IMG/VR virus record: IMGVR_UViG_2622736468_000003
Source: a virus
Lineage: Duplodnaviria; Heunggongvirae; Uroviricota; Caudoviricetes
DNA: 64,000 bases
Reading direction: 5' to 3' (one strand)
The position numbers were made by a program, and so were the translations under genes. Shown here piece after piece: positions 62,701 through 64,000 of this stretch (position 1 is its first letter; each line of letters opens with the position of its first letter). The notes under the pieces were generated by a model that was not told where the DNA came from, ran no database searches, and saw only the letters and a program-made list of their open reading frames with translations.

Positions 62701-64000
62701 CATATTGCGAAAATCAACCCGAAAATGCCGGACGGCGGTTCGGGGATGACCAACGCGGAAGCGGCGGAAATCATGCAGCGTGTGCGTAACAGCGGCAAAC
62801 AGGCACAGTATGACCGTCTGGCAGGGATTATTGACGATATGCTGGCCCGTCGCCGTGAGATTATCCGTGAGGCAGGACTGGAAGAGAGCGGCGTGGTGGA
62901 TGCCTGGCAGAAAGCCTACCGTTACTACGTCCCCCTGAAAGGGCAGGATGTTGACGGTGTGGTGTCACAGCCACGTACAGGCAAGGGATTCACCATCGGC
63001 GGGCGTGAAAGTAAGCAGGCCATGGGGCGTGCATCCCGCGCACAGTCTCCTTCCACTCAGGCGATACAGGATTTGAGTGAATCGCTGATCCGCAATCGCA
63101 AAAATGAAGTGGGTAACGCCTTCCTGAAACTGGTACAGGATAATCCCGACAAGGATTACTGGCAGGTATTCACTGATGACAGACCGGATACAATGCGTGT
63201 GATTGCAGAGCGCAAGGACCAGGAAACTGGTGAAACCATTCGCGAAGTTGTCGAGCGCCCTGTGCCGATGGCAATGATGGCGGATCGCTACTTCACCACC
63301 AAAAAGGACGGCAAAACTTACTACATTAAACTTCATGATCCGCGCCTGATGCGTGCGATGAAGAACATGGGGCCGGAAACCAGTAACGCCGTAATCCGTA
63401 CGCTGGGGAAAGTTAACCGCTTCCTGGCAACGGTGAACACGTCGTATAACCCGGAATTTCTGGTCAGTAACTTCATCCGTGACGTGCAGACTGCGGTGAT
63501 GAACCTGAAGGCTGAGCAGGGAAGAAGCGACGGCAAACTGAAAGGGCTGGATAACTTATCCGCGCTGGCTGTGGTGAAAGACAGCCGTTCCGCCATGTCA
63601 GCCGTATACGCAAGTCTGCGGGGTAAAACCCTCACGGGCAAAGGCGCACAGTGGCAGAAAGTGTGGAAAGAGTTTGTTGAGGACGGAGGTAAAACCGGCT
63701 GGTTTAACATGGGGGACCTTGAAGGCCAGCAGAAGGAAATGGATCGCCTTGTGTCGCTGGCGAAGGGCGGATGGAAAGGCCAGAGTATCGGTGCATGGCA
63801 TTCGTTCCTGAACCTGGTCGAGGATGCCAACGGCGCGGTTGAAAACGCTCTGCGTCTTTCTGCCTATAAACACGCCCGTGATGCCGGTTTGTCACGCCAG
63901 CAGGCGGCATCTCTTGCCAAAAACATGACGGTGAACTTTAACCGTCGTGGTGAGCAGGGAGCGCTGATGAACTCGCTGTATATGTTTGCCAACGCCAGCA
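56788..64000 (+). CDS. Giant multidomain virion protein, partial (runs off the window)
   Basis: ATG 56788 after a terminator and GGAG; frame 1 stays open by manual translation to 64000 (over 2400 codons); absent from the ORF track presumably because it has no stop in the window; HEXXH motifs HEWFH (60607-60621) and HEIIH (61408-61422). Confidence 0.7.
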   Translation, partial: MAYSDEQRPEAQFGNQSRNSLNIQQPGETDSYDVFFSDPNRWKDNSTSFSLGDVLPTMGKGVAQSVRGTGEMARGLGDAMIQSPVKTGARILNEFSRMGLPGVATVQDIFVGGSKGADEVIDTLPDGKNAVTDTVGKGLKVTGKAVSGGAKASDEWLTGKMSPGAQRALNTPMTEGYDDSAVWVAKGVNLIGALVPDMVAGGVTKKLGDVTLRKVLTAGLEKKYIAAGMQPERATALAAEAVDKKMPDFFQAGLITHSTVSAQGRSAMAAADAVLNADYSELAKSPKFQQTFLSIDADPQHAQLTDRQKMDLAKERVADEVRAQLATDPELLAVNAMAAKLGDAQLLNLAMRGTAKTVKSGIVRNATEQGTINAAQGGYLRYQENTALRETAGMDVSPWEGVADATIEGAALGAAMGAPFGAAAGYRGKRQAADEAAMREAESVPQDESAPQPEPVDPVAQHRESMQGMNREQLLEQYADADMAHEGDTSAVHRREAASQLLNELDEQAKRQAVMDELKAKPRPELLEEYRKLSQKEGRTDTEEQQLQAIRDVLRPQREARPEAQPQPENADDGDGSIYPTVRFRDPDEVRIEINESGASRPAERIEKVRPDNRYFTDEKSALGSDVFRNASATGLKPSVVKKGENQYAVEMDNPAFSEDVATETINTLADGERITDADPMEQPAFMRDPRFRGFTGDDTEVQARLARGNAPTAEELVRSQMAEGDAGPTAQELTERPRLPAPGDIHPGQGYPLPGEVARTPDENQAGRGGRFTTTGEVKGQSFQKGRAQAPENAAGRQGEILEGETVRRGLPSPDEQNATAPVREGLPAPESQRGVDMPQPESLPRMVRDSLPELAQQAEARRQTGDNRQTITDVPDTEVPVPVDKPSTHQQARGAKIEDFGEEIKGAAKHRYAQLAEAMGKTLEDGEYATQPLSKLFPKPDYARLEKEGVDSDTLAMMALYRSEIPTRTSRNMQKWISIVKSGREATAGMLEGKIPAAKLADMMDSKPGLRSMSDTWKLLRTLSALQIDKASGYRVRSGVYSFVGGKRYDPPQMMYSLRDSKGRDLFFSESRDELLKKAKAYFDEQGSRERETPATSADDRITFDVYRHKASGDIFIGYGKNRQKLKGGFESARDAHDYVRTHRDELVNQVKALREVSREEQRNATNRDRTGPERRKGDVSPEQFSDAFGFRGVQFGNYVESPRRQADLNRAYDSLHDLADVLNVPTKALSLNGRLGLAFGARGKGKAAAHYEPGEVAINLTKGNGPGALAHEWFHSLDNYFGRYDVSTDGKITSGGDYMTEAQRAGRVFKDGRYVDAEYPVRQEVYDAFKGVMKAINSSDMLRRSERLDGVRSKPYWSTDVEMAARAFERYVQDKARMAGVENDYLVNIRKADDHGQPDTYAYPTNAELDGGIREAFDHLFRTLKTRETDKGVAFYSRKGVTRTPEGNLISDVNRSAEAKGSPVPQVEAVARGVISGIKDSDLKVRVVKSQKEAEALAGESFDGYGKVHAFYRPDKREIVLVADNIPDGRTVREKLRHEIIHHAMEHVVTPAEYQTIIKTVLKTRDSDNATIREAWRKVDASYGKESPEVQAGEFLAHMAEKQPIKFVAAWERVVALVKGVLRRTGLLKPTELNDIRLVRETIRTLGQRVREGYTPREDGADASSQYSRSGKPDPFKVPEGEGERYRDDLARMMKSLRSTDLTVNIGRTPPVLRHLGAPDLPLVISRDTVRKATNGVKHVVPMDVIERLPELMHDPDAIYRSATERNAVVMLLDAVDKNGDPVVSAVHMKAVRSRLEINKVASVYGTENGKKLKSMEMTGLTLYRREKLSRDNLLHRGLQLPKGEHSYRGSVDKILYPEDIRKGPYYSRTSSLTPEETIASRFVRQMQDKFQVLKAVQENIRKTGGKIDDSNNAYMAEELFHGKAENDLNVMKERYVQPLAKLLADYKIAQADLDEYLYARHAPERNAHIAKINPKMPDGGSGMTNAEAAEIMQRVRNSGKQAQYDRLAGIIDDMLARRREIIREAGLEESGVVDAWQKAYRYYVPLKGQDVDGVVSQPRTGKGFTIGGRESKQAMGRASRAQSPSTQAIQDLSESLIRNRKNEVGNAFLKLVQDNPDKDYWQVFTDDRPDTMRVIAERKDQETGETIREVVERPVPMAMMADRYFTTKKDGKTYYIKLHDPRLMRAMKNMGPETSNAVIRTLGKVNRFLATVNTSYNPEFLVSNFIRDVQTAVMNLKAEQGRSDGKLKGLDNLSALAVVKDSRSAMSAVYASLRGKTLTGKGAQWQKVWKEFVEDGGKTGWFNMGDLEGQQKEMDRLVSLAKGGWKGQSIGAWHSFLNLVEDANGAVENALRLSAYKHARDAGLSRQQAASLAKNMTVNFNRRGEQGALMNSLYMFANAS

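Noticed and set aside
57105-63910. Numerous minus-strand ORFs of 60-200 aa along the right end
   Set aside because: All lie antisense to the single long plus-strand frame beginning at 56788, which has far stronger coding character.

Overview
This window reads as most of a lambdoid prophage from an E. coli/Shigella-type host, in canonical order but carrying four IS insertions and several frameshifted genes. Left to right: int/xis, exo-bet-gam, a large frameshifted early gene, an N-like antiterminator, a cI-linked operon ending in a Ser/Thr kinase, cro/cII, an O-like initiator with iterons and a DnaC-like loader, a nin region (toxin-antitoxin modules, ninB, rusA, ninH), Q, a moron and an esterase where stx cargo usually sits, S-R-Rz/Rz1 lysis genes, a packaging and head module, a collagen-like tail fibre, lom, and a giant ORF (over 2400 codons) running off the right edge. 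Two IS629 copies (1310 bp, with target duplications) interrupt an early gene and the esterase; two ISEc8-like IS66 copies plus a partial third interrupt the kinase and truncate the small terminase, so the element is probably packaging-defective. No Shiga toxin genes, tRNAs, rRNAs or CRISPR arrays were found. Gene names come from recalled similarity to lambda/933W-type proteins and from motifs read in the translations; no database search was run. The best candidates for an uncharacterised system are the cI-linked kinase operon, the large acidic early protein, the Q-downstream moron and the giant double-HEXXH protein.
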